Counted from the first letter of the stretch, positions 23,971-36,500 are shown. The stretch: 64,000 bases of DNA from Williopsis jadinii (GCA_024346625.1 AP024666.1:1054001-1118000), one strand, 5' to 3'. Translations and numbers: made by a program. Notes: a model not told the origin generated them from the letters alone.

Positions 23971-24978
23971 TTATGCTGCAGTGCCCTTGATGAATGAGAC
24001 ACCCTTTGCAATGTTTGTCTTCAATTGGTCAATGGCAACCTCCAACAACTCCTCCTCGTGCTCGTCAATCTTATCCAAGATTGAAGAATCAATGCTTTCA
24101 ATTCCTTCGGCGCCAATAACAGTTGGAAGGGAGACGTAATCAATACCAAGTTTTTCCTTTGCATAGCTTGCACCAGGGATTCTATCATCTAAATAGATAA
24201 AGCTGGAAGCGTATTTGGCACTTTCGTTGTCGCCGTGTGCGGACTTCATCAGTCTTTCAGCCAACTGGAACCCAGCATATGCCATTGATAAAGTAGCGGA
24301 GCCAGCACCCTTCTTGGCCTGGACAACTTCATCACCACCGTATTGAACTCTGTGAACCAATGCATCTCTCTGTTCATCGTTCAACGATTGATAAAATTCA
24401 GGGGATCCGATGCTAAAGAGCGGTACAATGGTTTCACCAGAGTGGCCTCCAATTACCGGCACGTTCAGCTGTTTGGAACTCAGCTTACCTTGTGACAACT
24501 GTGAGATGAAGGTGTTTGCCCTCACGAGGTCCAACGTCGTGACACCCAGCAGGCGACGAGGGTTGAACACCTGTGCCTTTTTCAGAACCTCTGCAACAAT
24601 TGGCACAGTAGAGTTGACTGGGTTCGAGATCACCAACACCATCGCGTTCGGAGCATGGGTGGCAACAGCCAGCGCCAAATCCCTAACGATACCAGCGTTG
24701 ATGGCAAACAAATCATCACGCGTCATTCCCGGCTTTCTTGGGACTCCCGCAGGGATCAGGACAAGGTCGGCATTGGTCAGCGCCATCTGTAGACCGTCAT
24801 CCTGTGGCAAGTGCGAGCTCACAACGACATCCGTGTCGATGTGGTTGATGTCCGCGCCTACACCTGGCGCGTTCACAACGTCGTATAGCGCGAGATGGGT
24901 CACATAGGGGGAGAGCTTGAGCAACAGCGACAAAGGCTGGCCGATACCGCCAGCAGCGCCACAAACAGTTACCTTCAT
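23971..24978 (-). CDS. MDH2: Malate dehydrogenase, cytosolic type
   Basis: [63 protein letters not shown]. No presequence and no C-terminal SKL. Adjacent to RPL25, like MDH2. Confidence 0.9.
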   Translation of the reverse strand: MKVTVCGAAGGIGQPLSLLLKLSPYVTHLALYDVVNAPGVGADINHIDTDVVVSSHLPQDDGLQMALTNADLVLIPAGVPRKPGMTRDDLFAINAGIVRDLALAVATHAPNAMVLVISNPVNSTVPIVAEVLKKAQVFNPRRLLGVTTLDLVRANTFISQLSQGKLSSKQLNVPVIGGHSGETIVPLFSIGSPEFYQSLNDEQRDALVHRVQYGGDEVVQAKKGAGSATLSMAYAGFQLAERLMKSAHGDNESAKYASSFIYLDDRIPGASYAKEKLGIDYVSLPTVIGAEGIESIDSSILDKIDEHEEELLEVAIDQLKTNIAKGVSFIKGTAA

Positions 24979-25682
24979 AGTGTGTTATTGGTTTAAGATC
25001 GTGATGTTTCTCTGTCACACAAGCAAGAATAATCAACAAGACAAGGAGCTTCTTGTATTGTTTGCCTCTTGTGTGCTTGCAGCGACAGAATTGGTGGAAT
25101 CGGTGATGTAGGCTTCCTTATATAGAACGGCCTTGTCGTCTAGACGTGATGCGCGCGCGTGCTGCGTAATTAATTTTCCTCCACGCAACGAAAGCCAGTC
25201 TTGGGCGCATGACCCAGATGGCTCACTGCTGAATGACACCAAAAGAGAAGGCAACAAGTGGTGAAAATTTTTTTACTTGTTCTCATGTTGTCGGCTACTG
25301 GTTATAGTTACTGTTGTTACGTTGCCCTGGTTTGTGCTTTGTTTACAGTAAGGCACCGTGGCCTGTTTTCTGCTGTGGAGGCCCGTAGTTGTCCCGTTTT
25401 GTAGATAATTGCAGTTTCAATGGGAGCTGGAAGATAACATAAGGGAACGTCAGTTTTCGCTTCTAAATCTTCCGTGTGCAATTTTGGCAGAAAGTTTTCG
25501 CAGTGTGTTGCTGTTTTTGCGAAAAAAGAAACGAAAAAAGCGTGTTGGAGTGGATTTTCGCACTGTTGTTGTTTCTGTTTTGTCCCGTTGAGGGGCGCTG
25601 CGAGAGGGCTTTTTGGTGGGGGACTTAGGCAGAAAACTAGGGCTGAAAAGTGCCCATCGGCCGCGTGATGCCGCTTCAGAAG

Positions 25683-25721
25683 CAACAACAACAACAACGA
25701 CAACGACGACGACAACAACAA
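25683..25721. repeat. (CAA/CGA)n trinucleotide microsatellite
   Basis: caacaacaacaacaacgacaacgacgacgacaacaacaa, in non-coding DNA upstream of MDH2. Confidence 0.8.
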
Positions 25722-27291
25722 CACAACCAACGTGTGTGAAAGAAGGAAAAGGGGAACCCGATTTTCTTGCTAGGGCAAACAATGGAGAGAACGTGTAAGA
25801 CTCAAATGAGGAGCGCATTGATTGCAATTGCTTGGTAAAAACATTCATATTGTTATTGCTTGGACCCCTAGTTTGTTTGAGCCACGATGAAACTGGCATC
25901 ATTTAGCTAGTGGTCCTCTCATGACGAATTCTAACGCCGCAAACTTCAAATCCTGATCCTGATCCTGATCGTGTTCGAGGACGAAAAATGGCACTTGACA
26001 CCATACCATACGACCCAGTGAGGTCTATTACCATGTGCGAGTGTGTACTGCGAAACATCAAACTTGCTAGCTAAATAACTCAATGTCGGTGGGTTTACAC
26101 GCTTTTTAGGATGACGTATGCGTTGGCCGATCTTGGTGGTTTCCTGGGTCGGTACCTCTGCTACCTGCCTGTCTACTTCACGGCTCACAGTTCGTGTGGA
26201 AAGCAACACGGTGCCGGAATCCGTCAACGTGGCGAACAGCCCTTCCACGTCGCTGTTGGTGTCTGGGTTTACTTCCACCTCTTATCTGTCGGCATGCGCG
26301 CGCTTCCCTGAAAGATTGCGGAATCTGAGTCTCTTTGCAGCACAAATGTTAGATAAGGTGAACTAGGGAGATGTTTCTAGAACAGCAGGCTGCAACCGTT
26401 GCTCAAAGTGCCAATCACAGTAGGTATACAGGTTTAATTATTCATTGGTGAGTGCATTATCGCCCTCTGTCTTAGCCTAATTGTTTGATGTGTATGCTGC
26501 AGATAGTAATCCCAATAGTTGTGCGTCGAGTGATACCCATAGCCAATTGGCTTGATGGAAGCATGAATCACTGATAAGATGTAACGGAAGAACTGAGCGT
26601 GTGTATATGCCGGCGTCGATGATTAGGCAACAACTGTGATATGATTGATAAGACTGACAATCTCGCCGTAAGATGCGTAGTGTTCGCACAGAATTTACAG
26701 CATGTGCAAATTGGCTGGCAATCGCCAACCCAAAGAAGCAAAGGAAGGACTAATCACATAGAGCTGGGCTCAGCTAATACACTGGGATCGAGAGAACTGC
26801 CACTTCGCCATACTAATTTTTTTCGCCCCATATTCGCTGAAACAAAAGCTGCGAAAATCCGCCAGTCCCCATAGTTAACGATGGAAAAATGAACATTCTT
26901 GCAATTTTGGGGGGAATTTTGTCGTCAAGTTGTTGAAAAAGGCAGAATCGCCGCCAAATTGGCGCGAATTGGCAGACTCAACGTCAGAAAGGTGAAAGTC
27001 CACGGATTCGCAGCTGGTACAGGGATTTTCCCGAGCTTTTTGATATATGTTTTGCAGGGCTCACAACCGTGAGGGGCCTGATGTTGGTTTTAGGCGTAGG
27101 CGGTGGTTACCGTTAAAGGCAAGTCACCAGTGTAAATATATCAGAAACACTTGAAGAACAGTTTAGAGACTTGTAACAATGCTTAGAAAACACCCCTGGG
27201 GGATACCTACATGGTATTGTGATGTTTGTCGAGTGATAAGGGCATTAGACTTGTAAACTATATAAACTGCAAGAAGCGACATCTTAGCTAG

Positions 27292-30200
27292 TCATAATTC
27301 ATTATGGGCCATGAATTCAACTTGATTGAAGTTAGGCATCTGAATTTGAATGAAGTCACTCTTTGGATTCGTTGGTTTAGACTCGCCATGAGACAGTGAT
27401 CCAGCTTTCCCCACAATAACATTGCTCAAGCTGATTAGTGCTGAACTTTTCAAAGGATCAAATGCTTGATCATCCGAGTCAGCAGAATCAGAAAGCCATG
27501 ATGATCTTGGGTCCTTTTCAGTAATATAGTCCAGCAGCAAAGGACACAGAGCCATCACAGCTTTATCCCTGATCCTCAGTCCGATTGCTGAACGGCTTTC
27601 TCTACCGATCTCTTCTTCTGTACCGTTATCGGATGCAGAAAGACTCAAAGGCATAACATGAATTGGTTCAATATCCAAGTCGGATACAAAAGCAAATGTT
27701 CTCATAATGTGTCTTCTCCTCATTGATTTGATGGCTGTGGATCTTGACAGTGGTTTCTTGTACCATTTCATGTCGAATAACTGCAGAATAATGGCCAGTT
27801 TATAGCGAGGTTTTCCCCCGTCTCCTTGGAAGGACCAGATGACACAAGCAGGCTTGTCGAAAGCACTGACATAGCTTGATCTGTGACATAGAAGATCACA
27901 CAACGATACGTTTAAGGCCTCACCAGGATTTGGTAAATTAGTACTCCAAACACGATACACTTTCTCGATATTTTGGTCTCTCATGATCCTCTCCAGCACA
28001 TAAAGCGTTGCTGGTACTATTGATTCATTGGGTGAAGAACAGGACTTCACAAACTGGCGTGGGAATCTCTCTCTCAAATAAGCAATAACATCCTCGCTGA
28101 TATGAGCAAAGACAAGCTTCTCTGTATCTATGATTCCTTCATTGGCCCTCGGACCAATCAAAAATGGCATCTCAAGGGTAAAGACATTCGTTTCACACTT
28201 TGAAGATTCCGTAATACAACAATGCGAGTGATGGAAGCTGAAGATTCCGTAGCACAACAATGCGAGTGATGGAAGCGCATATCAGAATCATTCGTGGCCT
28301 GTTGAACAAGATACTTGAGTTTTTTAAAGAGTCTTACTGATAATTGATTTACCAGTAACAGCTTCCCATTTCTGACAGATATTCTGGATGGAGACATCTT
28401 GTAATCCCTCATTACATGAAGAGAGAGACTTCCAGCTTCGTCAGTTGATACAAGCCGAATATGTTTTTCCGTTTCATCTAGTAGTTGATCCTAGAGCTTT
28501 GTGGAATACATCACTGTATTAGTCATCTCTAGTGACCTCGAAGTGTCCTGAAGAGTGATCCATTCCAAGAGGTACCCTGTCATTTTGCTCAAATATTCTT
28601 GTCCAAGCTTATTCACTTCATCTTCTAGCTGTTCTGGATCTGAGACAAGACTGCCAACGGAGCTCATTATCGTAAGGTGGTCTTCCGATATCTTAGCAAT
28701 GCTCAATTTCAGCAGCTGCTCAACCATCTTTGACTTTCCCGCCACCTGTTTGTTGAATGATGGCCATGTAAAAGCTTCTCGTGTAACATCAAACTACACA
28801 ATTGATTCAGCTGATGTAAGTATATTGCGACCGCCTATATTTCTTTTAACATCTGTGGAAGGTCTTGATAATAGAGAAGTCTTTGGATAGTTCATTTCTG
28901 CAACAGCCACGTCAGGATCTTGCTCTTGACCTCAGGTCTCTCATATAATAAGTACCTGTGAAGTGAACAGAATTCTTTGATTGTCGAATCCAATATTGGA
29001 ATCTCTGACTTCCTGATATTGCGTGTCAGTAAGAACTTTGACATCTTTGTAAAGAGTTAGAAAAGCCTTAAAAAGTCAGGATCCAGATGACATGAATAAT
29101 AATCAGATGACAACAATGCAGGAACCACACATATCAATTGCTGTGCCTTCTCGGCTTTGAGATAGGCTTCAAAAGTGTCAGCTAAGGTTGGTGGCGCCCC
29201 AGACTCTGATGGCCATATATCTGATGCACCTAACAAACTCTTTAATGCAGCCATCAGATTTGCCAGAATAAGAGGAGGTAAAGCATACTTCCCGCTTAGT
29301 AGAAACATGTCTTTCGAATCTGAAAGACGTTTAAGCATCTTTGGAAATAGGTTTTCACATAGACAATACATGACGTCAAACCCGATAATTCTGTTTTGTC
29401 CCATAGATAAGTCAAAATCATAAACTGGCGTACAGCTTCCTATATCAAGACTTACTACCCCTACGAGTTCCTCAAGCTTTGTTTCCAGAAGTCTCATATG
29501 AGTAGATTCATTACAGGAATTGGTGCTTTCATGTTTATCTCAATTGCAGTACCCCGCTGGAATTTTGACCCATTGACACAAGCTCTTTAGCATCTCCCGA
29601 AATTCCGGCCCTCTCTGACGAAACTTAACACCCTCTGCTGTCTGAGATGCGGTCATACAGAAAGGAATAGCCACTTTCCTCTTTATCGTATCCTCCTCAA
29701 TGAATCTCTCGACGTACTCTTTTAAATGTTTAAACTCAATACCCACTTTCTTAGCTCAACAAACAGACGAACCATTTTCCTCAGAGGACAGTCATCTATT
29801 GTACTCAATTGTTACAGGATGCCCATCTGAGTACAGCTTACTAAGGTCTTCAACTTCTTCTTTGACCTCGTTACACGATAAGCATGGTGTAGTTGCACCA
29901 GTTCCACGAAGGGCAACAAATTTCGACAATGCGGGAAGATCACCAAAGAAATTAACGACAGTGGCGCACACGGTCAATACAGGACTGTTCCCAGAATTAG
30001 ACGTGTGATTCTTCACAGGCATCCCCTTTATCTGAATTCTAATAAATTCATCTCTCGCTCAACTTAATAAAATTTTGGTGTTTGTCATTTCAGTGTTAAG
30101 CATGGAAGGTGTGGCATTGCCATCATCATCTTCACCTGTTTCATCGCCCACAGAATCGACACCGGTTTTCTTATGAGAAATAGACGGGAAGTTTATAAGC

Positions 30201-32409
30201 TGGAAATCAGTATTACTGTTGACATCAACAAGTCTCATAACCAATGGCCACAGCTCTCGGGGCTCTTTGAGTTCAGCCACAGACTTGGAGAACATCGCAA
30301 CATCACCCTAGACTAAAGTCACAGCGAACTGTATTTCACTCTCATCAAAGTATTTGGTGTTTGAAATCAGAGGTTCTTGTTCATTTGAAATCTTAGTCCG
30401 TTTATTGAACTGTTTCATCCTCTTGACATACTCCCCGTTGTAGAATGTGTGTGAGATATCTTCATCGGAGCTCTGGCAATGATACTTGGAGGAATTTTGT
30501 AATACAACATTGGAAGTTGATGGACCTTCAAAGAGACAGACAATATAAAGTCGTGGTGATATCATGAAAACCAGCGGCTGACTTGTACTTGAAAACCCAC
30601 CTAGCTGGAGTTTATCGTTTAGCGTTTGGCAAAAAGGGCAGATCCATTTAGTTGGTTCGTCCTCCTTAGTAAAGTCCGCCACATCAGAATCAACTGTGCA
30701 GAGATTGGTGCAGACTGGAAAGACTTGTACCAGTCCCGGTTTAATAAGGACTCTGATCATGTTATTTGAAAACTTTCAAAAAAACGACTCCTTTCCATAA
30801 TCAGTTTCAATACTGCTTCACCATATCTTGCACCCCATGTTTCTTCAAAGCTGTATTCTGATGCAACAATAGTCTCATTCATCTCATCATCGTCATCTCC
30901 GTCATCTGACAAATCTGTAGCTGAAGAGAGTGAGTTCCCTGCTTCCCTGGCTGTTTTCATGAATCTTGCAGTTGTAAATTCTCTGAATACATCTACCGCA
31001 TTCGAAGGGTTCTTTCCCATAACTGTATTTGCGTGGTCATCAGCACTTGCTTGAGTCAATGAACTTATTCCGTATTTGATGAAGAGATGGAGCAATTCCA
31101 ATGTGAGATACTCAAAGTTATCCATTCTCTTCTTCAATTCTCTTTCAGTGCTTCCAAGAACACAAAAGCGGCGTTTTCGAATGTGACCATATCAGCTTCA
31201 ATCTCCAAATCTTCATCTTCAACATCACCCTGGGGCTCACCTTCCTCTGTAACGTCTGCACGATCCGCTTCACCCTCTGCTTCAAGCTCTGCGTACAGGG
31301 CCTCATCTATAGCACTTATATCCAAAACTCAACACTCATCGTCCTCATGATCTTCGTGCTGCACTAGTGGTGGATCAGGTTGTGCATTTATAGCTCTTTT
31401 ATTCAGAAATGCTGTCAAAGCATCTGCATTTTCTCTCCGAAATTGTGTCTCAGGAGGCACGACCAGGTTACTAGCACGGCTTCTTTTGCGAGACTTGATT
31501 GACTCCCCCACATATGTGTAGGGAATCACTGGTCGATAAGCGGGCCTGTCCTCTATGGACAGCTCTGGTTGTTTAAAGGACATGAATATTTTCTTGGTAA
31601 TATCATCATAATTGCAGTTATTTCCATATTCATAGCTAAGGGTTTGTTCCAATTCTGAAAACCCCTCTCCTGAATATAAAACGGATCGGAAATCACCTCG
31701 CTCCTTTCTATAGATCACAAGGTATTCGTTATGATGTTTCTTGGGGTTGAAGGTGTTATGGAATACTCCTTTGGAAGTCAAGAAACTATAGTATCGGCTC
31801 ACAAAACCTCTTTTTTCCTTCAGCACATCTGCAATCCCGCTCCAAGAAGAAACACAAGCAGGGTCCACAACTCCATTGTTACAGATTGTCCTCATGTTGA
31901 GCAGGATCATCGTGTAGACAACATTTTCAGCTGAATCAATCAAGTTATTCTCAATATAGAAAACATTTTTAAATTTTTCAAATACAATCGCCATGAAGGT
32001 TTTCAATTCCTCTAGTGAGAGTATGTCCTCAATCGTTCCTGATGTTATAGGTGGTCCCCTCAATTTGATAAGTATCGTTAACAATGCCTTAATAACATTC
32101 TGATGTTATGATTAGTAACAGTCTTCTCGAAAAAGAATATAGCGAACTCACTATAACATGAATGATGATATAAGCCACAATTTCTCCTTCCCTGTCATCA
32201 ACAGGTAGAGACAAAAGAGCAGCGAAGTATTTCTTATTCTTGCCTGCTGTACTCAAAGTCACATTTCGCGTATGCCTTTGAATAACATAAGTTGAGTGGT
32301 CATCTTTGAGAAATGGCATCGCAGCCTCCGCTTTGGCGCGTAGATTATCCAAGTTTTGATCGTCTAACGTGAAGTCACGGGATTGATTATCCTCGGTAAT
32401 TGCGTCCAT
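27292..32409 (-). pseudogene. Fragmented CACTA/TNP2 (Transposase_21)-like transposase, about 1,670 codons when reconstructed, one intron (32100-32151)
   Basis: Twelve consecutive minus-strand ORF fragments join through in-frame stops or small frameshifts. Motifs occur in the CACTA order: VFPVCTNLC...WICPFC; FYNGEY; VTLV*GDVAMF..ELWPLV; VVNFFGDLPALSKFVALRGTGATTPCLSC (compare D-x-P-A...C-x2-C); GFDVMYCLCENL (compare D-x-M-H). Confidence 0.8.
28201..28276. repeat. 38-bp tandem duplication inside the transposase frame
   Basis: tgaagattccgtaatacaacaatgcgagtgatggaagc (28201-28238) and tgaagattccgtagcacaacaatgcgagtgatggaagc (28239-28276), 2 mismatches. Confidence 0.95.
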
Positions 32410-33399
32410 CTGTGATAGTTGAGGTTTGTTTACTTGTAAGTTGCAAATGAAGTAACTTCTTGGAAGACTCTATTGAGAAATCGCTGGAAGTTTTCGTTGG
32501 CGATCCGAGTCGCGAGATCTAACTTTGGAGTTGGAGGATTCCCAGTTTACGGCTAAGAGGAATAAACAGGTCACAGCTAGATGGAGTTTGTTTTAGTCAA
32601 AATACAGCTTGACTCGTGTATTTTATCTTGAAATGTGGTGAATCGTACTGATGTAGTATGTAGATTGAAACTTCTCCTATGGTGATGTCCGTCTTCACTA
32701 AGAAATCGCGTTCTTGTTTCGAGATTGGCGCTCAACCCAAAAAAAGCGCGTCTTGCGGCAGCCTGGAGGTCTCTGTTGTCGTGGTGATATGCGTAGACAG
32801 TACTGGATGCATTGTTCAGTGCAATTTTGCGGGAACTAAATGGTTGGGGCAGACGTGGAAACCCTCACTCACCAATAATGGCCCATTTGTTCTTTCTTAA
32901 ACAAGACATTGTAACAATAAACTGACACAGTTGTGACACTAGACGGTGAAATAATGGTCTATAATATGGTAAAGTTAGATTTGTCCTCGTTTTTTAAGAA
33001 TTTTGTTTGGCCAGAATTGAATATTTACGTCATTTTCAGAAATAAATTATTTGTCAGAAAAGTTCAACAGCTACTTGTGTAGTAAAATATGAAAGACAAG
33101 CAATTAAAGAATTCAATTAAACCCTATCAAGTTCTTTCGTAACTATGAACTATTTTTAATAGATTCAAAGCTATAAGAAAGTCTAGAATATCATGCTTAC
33201 AAGTCGAACTGCAGTGTCTTCGGTGTGGTTAATGTTTACATTTCAGGTTTATTTACCGCATTTTACTGTAGCCAATTTATTCCGAATTTTGGTCTGGAGC
33301 ACTGTCGAGTCCTCGTCTCAGTCCTTTATCGGTTTGATTCTGACCTTAGGTGTTCGTACCGCGAAGTCCCATTCAAAGTTAACGGAGGTTTTCGCGGGC

Positions 33400-33586
33400 A
33401 AAAAATCCGTTAGCTTTGAAATCGATTTTCATCTCGGGCTCAGCGCGCGAAAAAAACCGTTAGCTTTGAAATCGATTTTCATCTCGGGCTCAGCGCGCGA
33501 AAAAAACCGTTAGCTTTGAAATCGATTTTTATCTCAGGCTCAGCGCGCGAAAAAATCCGTTAGCTTTGAATCGATTTTTATCTGGG
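33400..33586. repeat. 50-bp subterminal tandem repeat, about 3.7 copies, abutting the transposon end
   Basis: tagctttgaa recurs at 33411, 33461, 33511 and 33561. Unit aaaaaa(t/a)ccgttagctttgaaatcgatttt(c/t)atctc(g/a)ggctcagcgcgcg. An inverted partial copy (ttcaaagttaacgga) lies at 33372-33386. Confidence 0.95.
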
Positions 33587-36500
33587 ACCCAGTGTATATA
33601 TATAATGTTGATCTGTTTCTGGAACCGATTGGATATATGTATACGTGTTTATACTCAAAAGCTCTAGTGTATGAATAAGATTCAGATTGGAACTCTGTAT
33701 AATTGGATCCTCATCTTTTTGATAACTCCCACCACATAAATAGCTACTGGTTCACAAACATACAAGGCTATTGACAATGCGTTCAAAAACCACATATAAG
33801 TTAAATTTACCAATATTCTTAGAAGTAGTAGTCTAATGTCCTTGTTTGTGTAGAGAATTAATAAAACGTCGTTTGGACGATCTAACGATCTTTGACCATT
33901 GCGTATTAGAATGACGGACCATTGTTATTGCCATAGAAACAGTATTTGTGCAAGCCAAGTCCAGATCGCGATGACTGTCTCACCACTCTGCCCAGCGACG
34001 ATAACAGCGAATGAACATCGTTGTGTACTGTCACAATATCCGAGGCTTATGTTCTGTTACTAACAAAAAACGGACGGGGAACTGTTAGACAGTAGTGGTT
34101 GCAATCGCTGATACGATTCCCTTCGAAAGTGCTTTCTGATCCTCCCTAGAACCTAGATATGAACACTAACAGTTAAAATCCATAGCCTTATTTCTCCTGC
34201 ATATATTTAAAATGCTTTCCTCTCTGGTGATATCAATGCGTCTTCAGTTGAATCTCACGCAACAAAATGGTTCATTGCTAATATATTTGTAAGTATGTTG
34301 CTAGGCATGCGGGAACATTTGCATTACGTGTAATATCTGAAAGAAACAACAATAACACTGTAAACCATACACTGGACTATCTATCTTCTCCCAATTCCAA
34401 CTGTAAGAGTCGATTGGTGGTTGATAAATCCAAGAGCCAGACCAGGACTAATTAGGACAGTAACGGAGAAACATTTGGAGGTTAAGGTCCAGCATCATGC
34501 ATTTCATGCATTTTCGCCTGACATGCGCGCTGCAGTTGTCCTTCATGCTTCACCTTGGAAAGGACATGTGTCAGGACAGTGGTCTCCTGTCCCTTGATCG
34601 TGACCTCGGCACAGTTCACAATTAACAGTCAACAGTAAATAGCAAATACCAGGAACAACACTACAATGTTTCAAAAGATACAGTTCTCTGTATCCAAACC
34701 TGGCACTAATACCTGCAAGTGTTCCCAACAGTGCAGCAGCCAAAGATCGACAACCTACCAGGCAGCAATACGACTGGATCGAGAGATCTTATACACGCTT
34801 AATCGATTAGCCATAGAAGGTCCCAACACGGGTACTCAATGATGACACAGATATTTTGAAAGTGCGTTACATTTTACAACAACCCCCACACTGAACGATT
34901 AAAAAGCTTATGCAATTAGAGGGTTGATGGAAAAAATTGTTTGCACTGGACGTTATAGCTTCAGCTATAGAAAAACAAACTACGTTTTCTCGTGAACGAC
35001 TCACCCTTTACTGTACTCAGAAAAGAAGCTTCAATAGAATCAAGGTAGAATGCAAGTCATGTGATGAAGATATACTTTCCCAAGGTTACACTTCGAGCCC
35101 GAATCATGTTATACAGGTCGAATAGTAGAGACACTCATGTTCATGTATAGAATGGAAACATGTTGTTAACAGAGAAGTGGATAGATAAACAACGGCAAAT
35201 AAGCTAACAGTGAGAGAAATACTGCAAACGATTTGGGAACTCCCTCTTAACTCTTTGCAATTGGATTATAGTCCTATTAATGATGGCTGTTCCTAGTGTT
35301 TTAATTCAATCACATTGGACCTTTCAACAACAAGGTTCGAAGAGATCCATTTGTTGTCAATATGCTCTTCTTCAGCCATATCGTTCGTTGATTAAAAGGT
35401 GTATCGAGAAGATGTTCCATAGAAGCCATGGTTTGGTTGAAACCGTGGCGACGGTTGCATAATTTGGCCATAATTCGAAGAATAGATGAGGCGAGAATGC
35501 TAATAAAGTTTTCGCACCACATATAAGAGCAACATTGACCATACAAAAGAATTTGGTTACTGTGGCAACAGTGGTATCGTTTAGTAGAGGAGAAATGAAT
35601 GGTGCAACCTGAGCCTCTTATCGTGCAAACTAAAATACATAGAAGCAGAGTTAATCGTTGTTATACTGCTGGAAGAGATGCGTTTGAACCTTGCCACCAG
35701 TACACGAGATGCGCCTCATCCCCAGCTATGAAAATATCAGGAATGAAATTCATGATCACATTTAATACACCTTCCACCGAGTCAAATGATACGTTTCACG
35801 CGATTCCTCGTCAATCCCAAACGCCTCGGGAAAGATAGAAGCACGATTACATTTTGAAGAGGCATGATTTGCTGATGTAATGCCATTTGAATAAAGAAGG
35901 TTTCCGCATGATTCTGGTTCGTAAACCACTATATGTGTGGAATATCATACCAACGTCACTCACTATTACACATCTCGCGTTGAGTTTAGCAGTCATTAGA
36001 CTCCACTCTCTGGACTTTTTTTAGGCCCCTCACGCCATTTTATCACAATGACGTAAAAATATGTATGTGTCGCACAAGGCGCACACTGCAGCGTAGAGTC
36101 TGATTTTTTGGAACAAAGTTCGCGCGCTATAAAGATGACCCGATGACGTTGTCCCTGCGCCCGATGTCCTTGTTTATTCTTTTCTTTAAGATTAATATAA
36201 CCTAAAAATTTTTTAGATCAAGAATATATGTCTCGGAGGTGGTAGATTATGGCGTCATGTGTCAATGGATCTGTAATCTGCGTGTTTGGCACTATGAGCA
36301 TACGTAGAATTCTAAATATATGAATTTTGGAACGAAGCTTCGGCCGTGGCACGGACGCAATCGAGAAATCTTTAGGATGACGCTGACTAAAATGGTGAAA
36401 ACACACGAGAGGAAAGAGGCCAAAGTATTCCCCCTTTTCACGCATTTTCGTTCACAACATGGTCAAAGAGGGATCTGTGGAAGGCCTCTTTAGAAGTGTT

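Larger units (their letters stand above)
26780..33594 (-). mobile_element. Degenerate CACTA/CMC (EnSpm-like) DNA transposon, about 6.8 kb, with TA target-site duplication
   Basis: Left end TA|CACTGGGATCGAGAGAA (26780); right end TTATCTGGGACCCAGTG|TA (33594). The terminal inverted repeat matches 7/7 at the tips and 13/17 overall. There are 50-bp subterminal tandem repeats and an internal broken frame with CACTA transposase-like motifs. Confidence 0.85.

Noticed and set aside
25946..26278. 110-aa minus-strand ORF next to the transposon
   Set aside because: GTG start, no recognisable motif, ends in a hexamer microsatellite, and lies outside the TIR.
29540..31331. TGA read as Trp (alternative genetic code or organellar origin) in the transposase
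   Set aside because: TGG codons are used in the same frame, and TAG/TAA stops and frameshifts also occur, so decay is the simpler explanation.
33400..33586. 50-bp repeats as a CRISPR array
   Set aside because: The units are contiguous with no unique spacers, the context is eukaryotic with no cas genes, and they abut a transposon TIR.
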